Origin: Octopus sinensis
Lineage: Eukaryota
Reading direction: 5' to 3'
NCBI RefSeq assembly: GCF_006345805.1
Contig: NC_043015.1
Span: 45,074,001-45,138,000, forward strand
DNA: 64,000 nucleotides
Under the pieces are notes generated by a model that worked only from the letters and a program-made list of their open reading frames with translations, was not told where the DNA came from and did not search any database. Positions 54,361 to 64,000 of this stretch are shown here, piece after piece. The position numbers and the translations under genes are program-made. Numbering within the stretch: position 1 is the stretch's first letter; each line of letters opens with the position of its first letter.

Positions 54361-54384
54361 GTAAGTAACAAAAATATATTACTG

Positions 54385-54795
54385 TTACTCTTTACTCTTT
54401 TACTTGTTTCAGTCATTTGACTGCGGCCATGCTGGAGCACCGCCTTTAATCGAGCAACTCGATCCCGGGACTTATTCTTTTTGTAAGCCCAGTACTTATT
54501 CTATCGGTCTCTTTTGCCAAACCGCTAAGTAACGGGGACATAAACACACCAGCATTGGTTGTCAAGCAATGCTAGGGGAACAAACATAGACACACAAACA
54601 TATACACACACATACACATATATACATATATACAACAGGCTTCTTTCAGTTTCTGTCTACCAAATCCACTCACAAGGCTCTGGTCGGCCCTAGGCTATAG
54701 TAGAAGACACTTGCCCAAGGTGCCATGCAGTGGGACTGAACCCGGAACCATGTGGTTGGTAAACAAGCTACTAACCACACAGTCACTCTTGCGCC
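54385..54795 (-). mobile_element. Full-length SINE family B filling most of SND1 intron 10
   Basis: Tail begins about 25 nt after the exon 10 donor. Confidence 0.85.
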
Positions 54796-54887
54796 TCGTA
54801 ATAATTTTCTTAGTTTGTGACCTAAATTTACTTTGAACTTTGAAATCTTTAAAATTTTTTTTTTCTTTTTTTCCCCTCTTTCTTTAG

Positions 54888-55023
54888 ACTTCAATCAGAA
54901 AACAATGAGAATGCTACACCAAATATCATGAAAGACTCTAATCGGCGTGTGAGACCACTCTATGATATCCCTTACATGTTTGAGGCTCGAGAATTCATGC
55001 GCAAAAAACTTGTGGGTAAAAAG
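54888..55023 (+). CDS. SND1: SND1 exon 11 (LQSENNE...[24 protein letters not shown])
   Basis: [15 protein letters not shown] motif. Confidence 0.97.
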
Positions 55024-55080
55024 GTATGTTTTGGTATTAGTTTTGTTAATATCAAAGTCTTTGATCAAATTGTAACTTAA

Positions 55081-55300
55081 CCCTTTAGTGTTCAGATTAC
55101 TCTGTTAAATGTAATACTTTTTCACTCAAATTGTTTTGAATTGATCATGCATTATCTTATAGCTTTGAAGTTTCAATGATGTGATTGTTTATTTTTAGAA
55201 TGTCAACCTAGGTTAGGTGTGAGAGGCTAGATATCACCAGTTTGAATATAAAACTTGTAGAATATTTGGGCTGGATATGGCCGGTTTAAACACTAAAGGG
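55081..55300. mobile_element. piggyBac-like MITE
   Basis: TTAA on both sides; CCCTTTAG/CTAAAGGG termini. Confidence 0.8.
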
Positions 55301-55524
55301 TTAATATATTTCCATTGAATGAAAGCCATTGAGCTGGCAGAATTGTTAACCTGCTGGGCAAAATGTCTAGTGGTATTTTGTCTGTCTTCATGTTTAGAGT
55401 TCAAATTTTGCTGAGGTTGACTTTGCCTGGAATAATAAAATAAGTACCAGTTGAATAATGGGGTTGAGGTAATCGACTTATCACCTCCCTCGAAATTGCT
55501 GGCATTGTGCCAAAATTTGAAACT

Positions 55525-55860
55525 AATTCATTCACTCATTGTTCGACTGTGGTCGAGACAATGGATTTTACCATGCTATGCCAGACTTCACGGTCCATCA
55601 TGGCATTACAGAGGTCCTGTTGCTGGATGCCTGTATCCCTGGAGATTACATCAGGGTATGAGAGTGTGCGCCCTCTGGTATTGCGAGTAGATGGCTTCCA
55701 GAGGAGAAGAGTAGAAATTGCCTCGTTTTCAGCTCTACAACAATGTCCAGCAAACTGGACTCTCCTACCTTTCACAAGAGATGACACGGGTGGTAGTTTC
55801 CCATATATTTGCATTTTGGTTGGATGACGCTTCCACGAGAGATTTTGAGCTCTCATAAGG
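55525..55860 (-). mobile_element. RTE/RTE-X LINE 3' fragment
   Basis: RRVQFAGHCCR...LLLWKP...RGR...DREVW ORF end followed by a (TGAA)n-like tail. Confidence 0.8.
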
Positions 55861-56422
55861 AGAAACTAATATATTTCTAGTTAATGTACTTAAACCTTGT
55901 TGATCTTTGGAAAACAAACTTTGATATCAATGTTTTTCTGTAGGTAAGTGTTTACAGTTATTTACAGTTCTGCTTTATTCTTTTTAGTTTAATTTTTGAA
56001 GGTGATGACTTGACAGTCAAAATGTTGGATACTGTTTGTTCCAACAGTTTGCACTCTGAGTTAAAAAAGCACCCACTACACTCACAGAGTGGTTGGCGTT
56101 AGGAAGGGCATCCGGCTGTAGAAACCTTTGCTAGATCAGATTGGAGCCTGGTGCAGCCTCTTGGCTTGCCAGTCCTCAGTCAAACCATCCAACCCATGCC
56201 AGCATGGAAAGCAAACGTTAGACAATGACGATGATTTCTTGCTTTTTAGCTTATTATATGCAATATTATCAGATCATAATTTTCATAGAATATTGTGGTT
56301 TTTGTTTTAGATTATTTGAAACTTTTAATCTATCATAACAAAGAATTTATCTTGTGAAAACTCAAACTTTGTAAAAAAAAATTTTTCATTCTGGCATTTT
56401 TCTTTGTTTTATAATTATGTAG

Positions 56423-56505
56423 GTCAACGTGCAAATTGATTATATTCAACCAGCTTCTGGAGGTTTTCCAGAGAAAACTTGCTGCACCGTAACAAGTGGG
56501 AATAT
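56423..56505 (+). CDS. SND1: SND1 exon 12 (VNVQIDYIQPASGGFPEKTCCTVTSGN)
   Basis: VNVxxDYIxP...FPEKTCxTV motif. Confidence 0.96.
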
Positions 56506-56697
56506 GTAAGTAACTCATTCTTCAATTCTCTTCATTTTAATTTTAATACAATTCGAAATTCCTTCAGCCAACATCTATCATTGCTGTTGTTTATTTTTAT
56601 TGTCAAAATATATAGTTTAGATACCTGATTTAATAGTAAGACTCTTTGTAAAATTGCACTTGAAATAAGTGTCATGTAAGGCTCTTCTATATATTAA

Positions 56698-56918
56698 CCC
56701 TTTAGTGTTCGCATTATTCTGCCAAAATTAATCCTTTTTTGTCCCCATTGTTTTGAGCTAATCATGCATTATCTTGTAGCTATGAGATTTTGATGAGGTA
56801 GCTGTTAATTTTTAAAAGGATATTGTAGGGTTGGTGTGAGAGATCAGATATGGCCAGTTTGAACATAAAACAGGCAGAATACTTTTGGCTGGATATGGCC
56901 GGTTTAAATGCTAAAGGG
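56698..56918. mobile_element. piggyBac-like MITE; a second related MITE follows at about 56931-57144
   Basis: TTAA TSD and CCCTTT/AAAGGG termini. Confidence 0.8.
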
Positions 56919-57263
56919 TTAAGGGACAAACCCTTTTGTTACCATATTTCAGTGTAAATACATTTGTTTCAATTCATTTGGAAAATGAGGAATTTAGTAA
57001 AAAAAAAATTTACCATTTTAATCAGATGTTTGCAACATAAATTAACACAAGATATTGAAGGAAGATTCTAATTTAAATCACTTTGAATTAGGAAGCTTGT
57101 AATATAAACCAAGGAGAGTCTAAGGCAGGCTGGCAATAAAAGGGTTAATGTAGGAGAATTCCACTAATTTGCATTTTGATGAATTCATTAATAATCTTGC
57201 GTTGAGTGTGGGAGGTGTTTCACTTGTTCAAAAATAAATTTATGTTCAAATGCCTAGCAGTAT

Positions 57264-57680
57264 CGGCTGATATACTCTCCAGCCTTCTTCAGGTGTCTTG
57301 GGGAAATTTCGAACCTGGGTTCTCATTCCTAAGGTATTTTTCAATTTTATTGTTATCATTATTATTGTTAATGTTTAGGTCACTGCTTGGAAGCAAACTT
57401 GGAATCTTGGGGTTAGTAGCCTGCGCTCTTAACCACTACGCCATATGCCTGTGGGCATATGGCGTAGTGGTTAAGAGCGTAGGCTACTAACCCCAAAATT
57501 CCAAGTTCGATACCTTAGGAATGTGAACTCAGGTTCGAAATTTCCGCAAGACACCTGAAGAAGGCTGGAGGGTATATCAGCTGAAATGTCGTGTTAACAA
57601 CAAAGATGAGGACAAATATCTGTTGAATGTAAATAATGCTCGTAATTCTTCATCTCTTAAATATAGAACCAGATTATTTT
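57264..57680. mobile_element. Back-to-back inverted pair of tRNA-headed, Penelope-like-tailed elements
   Basis: 54-bp inner arms (57396-57449 / 57454-57507, 2 differences, 4-nt loop) and outer arms (57264-57337 / 57510-57583); A-box TGGCGTAGTGG at +8 and B-box GTTCGATAC at +53 from 57453. Confidence 0.8.
57550..57595 (+). ncRNA. Minimal type I hammerhead ribozyme motif (Penelope-like-element type)
   Basis: GACAC-CTGAAGA-A-GGCTG(GAGGGTATAT)CAGCT-GAA-ATGT-C-GTGTT: stem I GACAC/GTGTT, core CUGAAGA and GAAA, stem II GGCUG/CAGCU, GUC triplet; stem III only as a quasi-palindromic AUGU. Confidence 0.65.
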
Positions 57681-57819
57681 TGTTGGATATGGCCAGTTTA
57701 AATGCTAATGGTTTAGGGATAGAAGGACAGCATCTATGACTCCATTTCCTGGGCTTGGTGGGATTGGAAATCTCGCTCAAATGTTTGCTATAATTTCATT
57801 TTCGTTTCTGTTTATCCAG

Positions 57820-58003
57820 TAATGTGGCTGAGGCTTTGGTGAGTAAAGGTCTGGCAACTGTGATCCGCCATCGTCAAGATGATGACCAACGATCTGCCCA
57901 CTACGATGAGTTACTTAGTGCAGAGTCCAGAGCACAAAAGAAAGGACTTGGTGTTCACTCTAAAAAAGAACCACCAATTCATAGAGTTGCAGATTTGTCT
58001 GGA
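57820..58003 (+). CDS. SND1: SND1 exon 13 ([25 protein letters not shown]...RVADLSG)
   Basis: Near-identical to known SND1 SN3 end. Confidence 0.98.
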
Positions 58004-58418
58004 GTGAGTAAACCTTTGGTAACTTGGTTATGTGTGGGTGCATTGCATGCATGCACAAATACGAACTGATTTTTACACATGCACACATTTACATTTGTCT
58101 CTCAGGTATTATTTATGAAGAATAGGGAAAGCACAGTCTCTTTGAAATGGAGTTCTTGTGAAAACAATTTTGAAGATTAGCTATTTTGTGCTGTAGAAAC
58201 TAAATGTTAATTTACTGTTTTTGGTGTTTAGCTTTGATAAGTGTTACTAGTTTTGTATAGTGAAGACTTTTTGAGTAGTGAGGATTCCTTTCTCTTACTG
58301 TGTACAAAACAGTCTCACTAATTCTGGGGCCATGATATATATATATATATATATATATATATTACGGGGATGTACTTGCATAGCAAGTGACTTGATCTGA
58401 GATCGTGTGCTGGAACGA

Positions 58419-58608
58419 AAACAATTGCAGTGTGGAAGGTGTTTATAAGCCATTTAAGAAACACACAAAACCGTTAGATTCACTTCAACATTTAAATTTA
58501 ATTTTAAAATTTCAACATTTAAATTTAAATTTAAATGTTGAAGTGAATCTAAACGGTTTTGTGTGTTTCTTAAATGGCTTATAAACACTTTCCACACTGC
58601 AATTGTTT
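58419..58608. repeat. Near-perfect fold-back inverted repeat (arms of about 82 bp, AT-rich spacer of about 26 nt)
   Basis: aaacaattgcagtgtgg...cttcaacatttaaattta mirrored with one substitution and one 1-nt indel. Confidence 0.92.
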
Positions 58609-59146
58609 ATATATATATAATAACTAAGTATGCTGTAAAGTGTTTAGTTTTTGAGCAGAGAGGAAACCATAGGGTTGACAGGATCCTTAGGTTTGTCTTA
58701 TGTGAAGATTTGGCAATCTATCTATTGCTGGTGTTACAAAAAAAATCCCCTCTATAAAATTGTTGGGGATAGGAATAGCATCCAGCTGTGGAAACCAAGC
58801 CAAACATTCAAGGGAGACCTGATCCTTCAACTCATTTATATGAACAGTAATTCTGAATAGGAATTGACTTGAACTGTAACAACCTCATTCAGTCCATAGC
58901 AGCAGGAAACGGAGATGTAAAATGATGATAATGATGTGATTCTTATCACTATAAACTTAACTATTTCCATTACTGAGTTGTTTTATTCAGTTCTAATTTG
59001 CTCTGTTGTTACGTCAAATATGTTGTTCAAACTCATTGACTTATTAACCTGTTTAGTATTTAAGACTGCCCTACTAAATGTCATATTAAAACCTAAAACC
59101 TTGTTACATCAGTGATATGAAATACCATTATAATATATAACCAATA

Positions 59147-59625
59147 CCGTAAATCCTCGAGTATAATCCGCATTTGTTCCCCAAAATTTAAAGGTCAAAA
59201 TCCCTAGTGCGTATTATACACGAGGTTAAAAATGAAAATTATTTTCTAAGCAATGTTCGAGTCTCTATTTGCTGCCCGGCAATGTTTATTCAGACGCATT
59301 TTGTGATGTCGGGCACAAAAATACCTTAAATCATCCATAACTTGCAATAAGCAACATTTATTAAACCTTATTACTGTTATTTCTTTATTTTCTGCAAACA
59401 AAATGCACAAAAAAGCTACACGTTTGCATTATGTTATATATACAATAATAATAAAGGACGTTACCTATACATTTTTACAAACCAAGGACGTTATATAGAT
59501 CTCCTTGACTCAAGTTAGAGAAGGGGTGCGTATTATACACAAGGTTTAGGTTTTTCAGAGGTACAGCCCCCTAAAAATCCCCTGTGTATTATACTCAAGG
59601 GTGGACTATACTTGAGGATTTACGG
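59147..59625. mobile_element. Tc2/pogo-group (Tc1-mariner superfamily) MITE
   Basis: TA|CCGTAAATCCTCGAGTATA ... TATACTTGAGGATTTACGG|TA; internal gcgtattatacac sub-repeats. Confidence 0.8.
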
Positions 59626-59872
59626 TATATAATGTTACTGATGTTTTATTAAACTCTTCCAAATTTTTTATTATATTGAAAGTTAATATCAACTGTTGAG
59701 AAATATAGTCATAAAATTATTACGATAGAAATCATCTTATCCAATCAATTATGATTTGTTAGAAATGTTGCAGTTTTAATTAGCAATTAGAGCGTTTTAT
59801 CACTTTGCCATGTCTTAACTGATAACATTGACTTCCAGTTTTTATATTTGTCATTATATAATTTATTTGCAG

Positions 59873-60014
59873 GATTTTAGCAAGTCTAAACAGTTTTTAC
59901 CATTCTTGCAAAGGGCTGGACGATCAGAGGCTATAGTTGAGTTTGTGGCAAGTGGATCCCGTCTTCGGCTTTTTATCCCCAGAGAAACTTGCCTCATTAC
60001 ATTCCTTATCTCTG
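59873..60014 (+). CDS. SND1: SND1 exon 14 ([31 protein letters not shown]...TFLIS)
   Basis: [14 protein letters not shown] motif; SN4 start. Confidence 0.98.
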
Positions 60015-60626
60015 GTAATCTCACATTTATTAATCTGCTTTCTATTCCATGTATGTAAATAGTGTTTTGCTTATACATCTATTTTTCGATGCTAGCATGG
60101 GTTAGACAAATATCTTACTATGGAATTGTTTTGCAGCTGGATGTCCTTTCTGCCACAAGTAAGGGACTTTGTATTCCATTCATATTTCAAGGTTACAAAC
60201 TCAGTGAATGATTTCTTGGCAAGGAAAATGGCAACATCACAGTTTTTTGGAGAAGCACACAGAATCAAACACACAACTATATACACATATAATGGGCTTC
60301 TTTCAGTTAATGTCTACCAAATTCACTCTTAAGACTTTGGTTGGCTTAGGGCTTCAGTGAAAACACTTGCCTAAGCTGCCATGCTATGTATGGAATTGAG
60401 CATAAAACTATGTGGTCAGGAAATGAACTTCATAATTATGTAGCTATGCTTGCATCAAGTTGCTAATGGAATTACAAGAATGTTATAGGGAGAAAAGCAT
60501 GAAGACAACTATGATTTTTAGATTTCAACAGTATAGATATTTTGATATTTCATATATTTGTCATTTCAAAGATATAGATAGTGTGATCAGGATAAATTAT
60601 CCTTACATTGCAGAAAAATACGTTAC

Positions 60627-60700
60627 TGGCTAGCCATGAGACTCGAACTCACATCCCTGTGATTATGTGTCAAGTGCTTTACCATTAAGCTAAACTGCCC
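60627..60700 (-). pseudogene. tRNA-derived sequence (left arm; anticodon position now reads CAT, probable ancestor CGT/Thr)
   Basis: GGGCAGTTTAGCTTAATGGTAAAGCACTTGACACATAATCACAGGGATGTGAGTTCGAGTCTCAT: D-stem GCTT/AAGC and T-stem GTGAG/CTCAT present; acceptor and anticodon stems imperfect. Confidence 0.55.
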
Positions 60701-60850
60701 AGTAAGGAATTCTTCTGCAATTTTAGAACTTATAAATTTAGCTTCATAAAATAAACTTTGTTTGTTTACTTTCATCATAAGTTGAATTTAACGTTAGCGT
60801 CGTATGAAGCTAAATTTATAAGTTCTAAAATTGCAAAAGAATTCGTTACT

Positions 60851-60923
60851 GGGCAGTTTAGCTTAATGGTAAAGCACTTGATGCGTAATCACAGAGATGT
60901 GAATTCCAGTCTAGTGGCTGGCC
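60851..60923 (+). pseudogene. tRNA-derived sequence (right arm; CGT anticodon position, degraded T-loop)
   Basis: A-box TAGCTTAATGG intact; B-box mutated to GAATTCCAGTC. Confidence 0.5.
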
Positions 60924-61787
60924 GGTAACATATTTTTCTGCAATGTATGGATAATTTACCTGTATTGCGCTATTCATTAGCATTATCCCGCGTTTGAGAA
61001 TAAAAAATTTATATCTATATCCTTCAATACATCTCAACACTTCTAAAACAAACTTTGTTTGCTTTCATTTCTCATTTCATTTTTATGGTATACATAGTTT
61101 ATATACATATAAGGATTGAGATTGTACGATATTACCTTCTTGGTTTCTTCATATTTCAATTAGTATTGTTTAAAATTTCTACCACATTGAAAAAATCTTT
61201 TAGCTTGATATAACGTTTATTTTTCATGCCAGTATGAGAGAGGTTTGAAGCAGTTATTTTTAAAGCTGAATGTCCTTTCTACCAGTGATGTTTAAACCAT
61301 GTAAAAAAAAGAGTAACTTATTTAATTAGCCTTGCGATTAATGGCATTTCACCTGACACTATCTTGCCTCTTTAGATATAGTGTATTTAAGATTACCTGT
61401 ATGTTCTTTCAAGACAGGTAAGATTCGAGGGGAATTAAGCCAGTCTTTCACTTCTTCTTCATCTATATACAATATGGACACGGTGTTGTGTTGTATTTTA
61501 CTAATTTTGACAATTTGTGTGTGATTTACATTTTATATAAGATAGTAATATTTTTTGTATTATTAATAATCGGCAGAAGTTACAGAATGACTCTAGGGTT
61601 GAGAATTACGAAGTGTCTACATAAAAAACTCTTCGTCCTTGAGTCAATCTGTAACTTTTGCTGAATATTAATACACGTACACACATACACACAGGCGCGT
61701 TTTGAGGTCTATTTTCATGTTTGTATCGCCAAACCTAGGTAGTAATTCACGACTTCTTGTGATTAGGCATAAAGTAGAAATGATCGC

Positions 61788-62030
61788 CTGGCCCCCGTGC
61801 CGGTGGCACGTAAAAAGCACCATCCGATTGTGGCCGTTTGCCAACCTCGTCTGGCATGTAAAAAACACCCACTACACTCATGGAGTGGTTGGCATTAGGA
61901 AGGGCATCCAGCTGTAGAAACACTGCCAGATCAGACTGGGCCTGGTGCAGCCTTCTGGCTTCCCAGACCCCAGTTGAACCGTCCAACCCATGCTAGCATG
62001 GAGAACGGACGCTAAACGATGATGATGATA
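61788..62030 (+). mobile_element. RTE-related 3' element with (GAT)n tail
   Basis: Standard family end; another copy starts at about 63865 and runs off the window. Confidence 0.8.
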
Positions 62031-62177
62031 TTAGTCAAGCATTATGTGGAAGTGGTGTGTATATCATTAGTATAAGCGCTGGTAGAATAATTCATTGCTG
62101 TATCAAAATTTAATCTCATGAGTAATTTCTTTTTAGCCATATGTTAATTATTATTTCATGATTATGTTTTCTCTTAG

Positions 62178-62293
62178 GTATTGATTGTCCTCGTGCCTCA
62201 AGACCTGCGCCTGGTGGTGGTTCAACAATACCAGCGGAACCATATGGTGAAGAGGCTTTACAATTTACACGGGAACTATGTATCCAAAAAGGG
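62178..62293 (+). CDS. SND1: SND1 exon 15 (GIDCPRASRPAPGGG...EPYGEEALQFTRELCIQKG)
   Basis: GIxCPR and EPxGEEA motifs; phase 1-0. Confidence 0.96.
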
Positions 62294-62808
62294 GTAATTT
62301 TCACTTTTACTTCAGCTTCATTTTTTTGTGTTCAAGTTTTTATTTTCTTAACTAAACAAATGGCCAATTTTTTTTAGGGACTTCTGCTTCACCAGATACA
62401 TATATGTATATATAAAATATGAATCAGAGATAAATATATTTTATATATTTATACTGTGAAATTTGATTTAATACTAAATCTGATTTTTCCCTGTAAGTTT
62501 GGAACCATACTCCCTAATATTATTATTATTTATATATATATGTATACACACACACACACACACACACATGCGTGCATGCATTAATTAATTTATTAAAATT
62601 TTAAGAGGAGACAGGTGATAGCAATTTTGAAGTTTTGATTTGCTAGCCCCCTTCAGACTGAAGAAAGGCTAGAAAACCGAAATTTCAAAGTCACTGTCAC
62701 CCTTGTAAAAGTTGAATAAAAGAAAAAGATACTCTACTAAAAGGTATTGAGTAATCCTTTAGTATAATGTTTAATTGTTTCCATATATAATTTGACTTAA
62801 ATCATTCA

Positions 62809-62848
<40 letters not shown>

Positions 62849-63592
62849 GATTCTAACTTACAGACAAGGTCAACTTTTTAATAGGGAAGGCACAATGGCT
62901 GCAATTTCCCCAGCAAAGTCACGAATACAAACCTTTCTGCTGCCATTATTTAGTCCCCCATAAGCCGGCAAGCTGGCAGAAACATTAGCACACTGGGAAA
63001 AATGCTTAGCAGTATTTCGTCCGTCTTTATGGAGGGGGAGGGGACCAGTTAATCAGATTGACCCTAGTACGCAACTGCTACTTAATTTATCAACCCTGAA
63101 AGGATGAAAGGCAAAGTCGACCTCGGCGGAATTTGAACTCAGAACGTAACGGCAGACAAAATACCTTAAGGCATTTCGCCCAGCATGCTAACGTTTCTGC
63201 CAGCTCACCGCCTTAATAATAATAATAATGATGATGGTGAAAATGTTAGTAAACGTATCAGTGTATTTGCGTTTGAAATGACTGTCATGTCTCTTCTATA
63301 AGTATAATTGTTTGTCAGTTATATTGATGTGAAACTGAATTCAAATTCAGCTGAAGTCACCATTGCCTTTCATCCTTTCCAGTTTGATAAAATAAAGTAC
63401 CAGTCAAATACTAGGGTCAATGAAATAAACTAAGCCCCTTCCCTCCCTAATAAAACATGTTGGCCTTGTGCATAAATTAAATGCAACTTTTGATATATAA
63501 AATGGAATTACTGGTCTGACTATATTATAGCACTCATGCTCACTTAATGCAATTGTCATATTTTCCCTTTTTTGTTTTGTCTCTTTCTCTAG

Positions 63593-63781
63593 GTTGAAGT
63601 TGAAGTAGAGACTATTGATAAAGGTGGAAATTTCATTGGATGGTTACACATTGAAACTACTAACCTGTCTATTGCACTTGTCGAAGAAGGTTTAGCAAAA
63701 GTCCATTTCACTGCAGAACGTAGCGCGTGTTACAAAGCTTTACTAGAAGCAGAAACAAAAGCAAAGACAGCTAAATTAAAT
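63593..63781 (+). CDS. SND1: SND1 exon 16 ([19 protein letters not shown]...KVHFTAERS...KLN)
   Basis: [10 protein letters not shown] and KVHFTAERS motifs; 189 nt, phase 0-0. Confidence 0.97.
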
Positions 63782-64000
63782 GTAAATGTTTGAAATTTCT
63801 ATTTTAATTTTTACTATGGAACGTATGGAAGATTTTTACTATGGGACGTATGGAAGATTTTTAGCCAGCCTCGTCTGGCACCTGTGTCGGTGGCACATAA
63901 AATCACCCACTACACTCTCGGAGTGGTTGGCGTTAGGAAGGGCATCCAGCTGTAGAAACACTGCCAGATCTGACTGGCCTGGTGCAGCCTTCGGGCTTGC

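Larger units (their letters stand above)
60594..60957. repeat. Inverted repeat with arms of about 155 bp, each containing a degenerate tRNA
   Basis: Arms 60594-60748 and 60803-60957; 54-nt spacer. Confidence 0.88.
25434..63781 (+). other. SND1: Gene span: staphylococcal nuclease domain-containing protein 1 (Tudor-SN/p100), exons 1-16, 3'-incomplete
   Basis: Sixteen GT-AG exons with matching phases give 643 codons covering SN1-SN4; Tudor and SN5 exons expected beyond 64000. Confidence 0.97.

Noticed and set aside
57261-57297. Second hammerhead on the minus strand
   Set aside because: GAAA core mutated to GAUA, and stem III and the 3' strand of stem I are missing
60627-60923. Functional tRNA-Met or tRNA-Thr genes
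   Set aside because: Acceptor and anticodon stems are broken and the right copy lacks the T-loop consensus; treated as tRNA-derived repeats
62650-62690. CTGAAGA...CCGAAA hammerhead-like words
   Set aside because: Stem II only 2 bp and no stem I pairing

Overview
AT-rich, intron-rich eukaryotic genomic DNA. The repeat landscape (tRNA-derived SINEs, RTE/CR1 LINE tails, many MITEs, long TA/CA microsatellites) looks like an octopus/coleoid cephalopod genome; this is an inference. Two genes lie head-to-head about 13.5 kb apart. (1) Minus strand: a six-exon TMEM216/TMEM80-family ciliary transition-zone gene (ATG 11870, probable stop 1891, about 162 aa). It includes a 17-nt micro-exon followed by an intron with U12 (minor spliceosome) signals. 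(2) Plus strand: SND1/Tudor-SN. Sixteen coding exons (25434-63781, 643 codons, SN1-SN4) splice in frame with GT-AG introns, and the gene continues past the window end. Almost all ORFs in the supplied track are repeat or microsatellite artefacts. Best leads: a back-to-back pair of tRNA-headed elements in SND1 intron 12 whose sense copy carries a minimal Penelope-type hammerhead ribozyme with an intact core; a second back-to-back tRNA-like palindrome; a SINE that repeatedly forms head-to-tail concatemers (six units just upstream of SND1); a GG-ended, 8-bp-TSD (Merlin-like) MITE family with internal CCCTAA repeats; and many inverted repeats that would make SND1 pre-mRNA double-stranded. All coordinates and alignments were read by eye; no database search or folding program was run.
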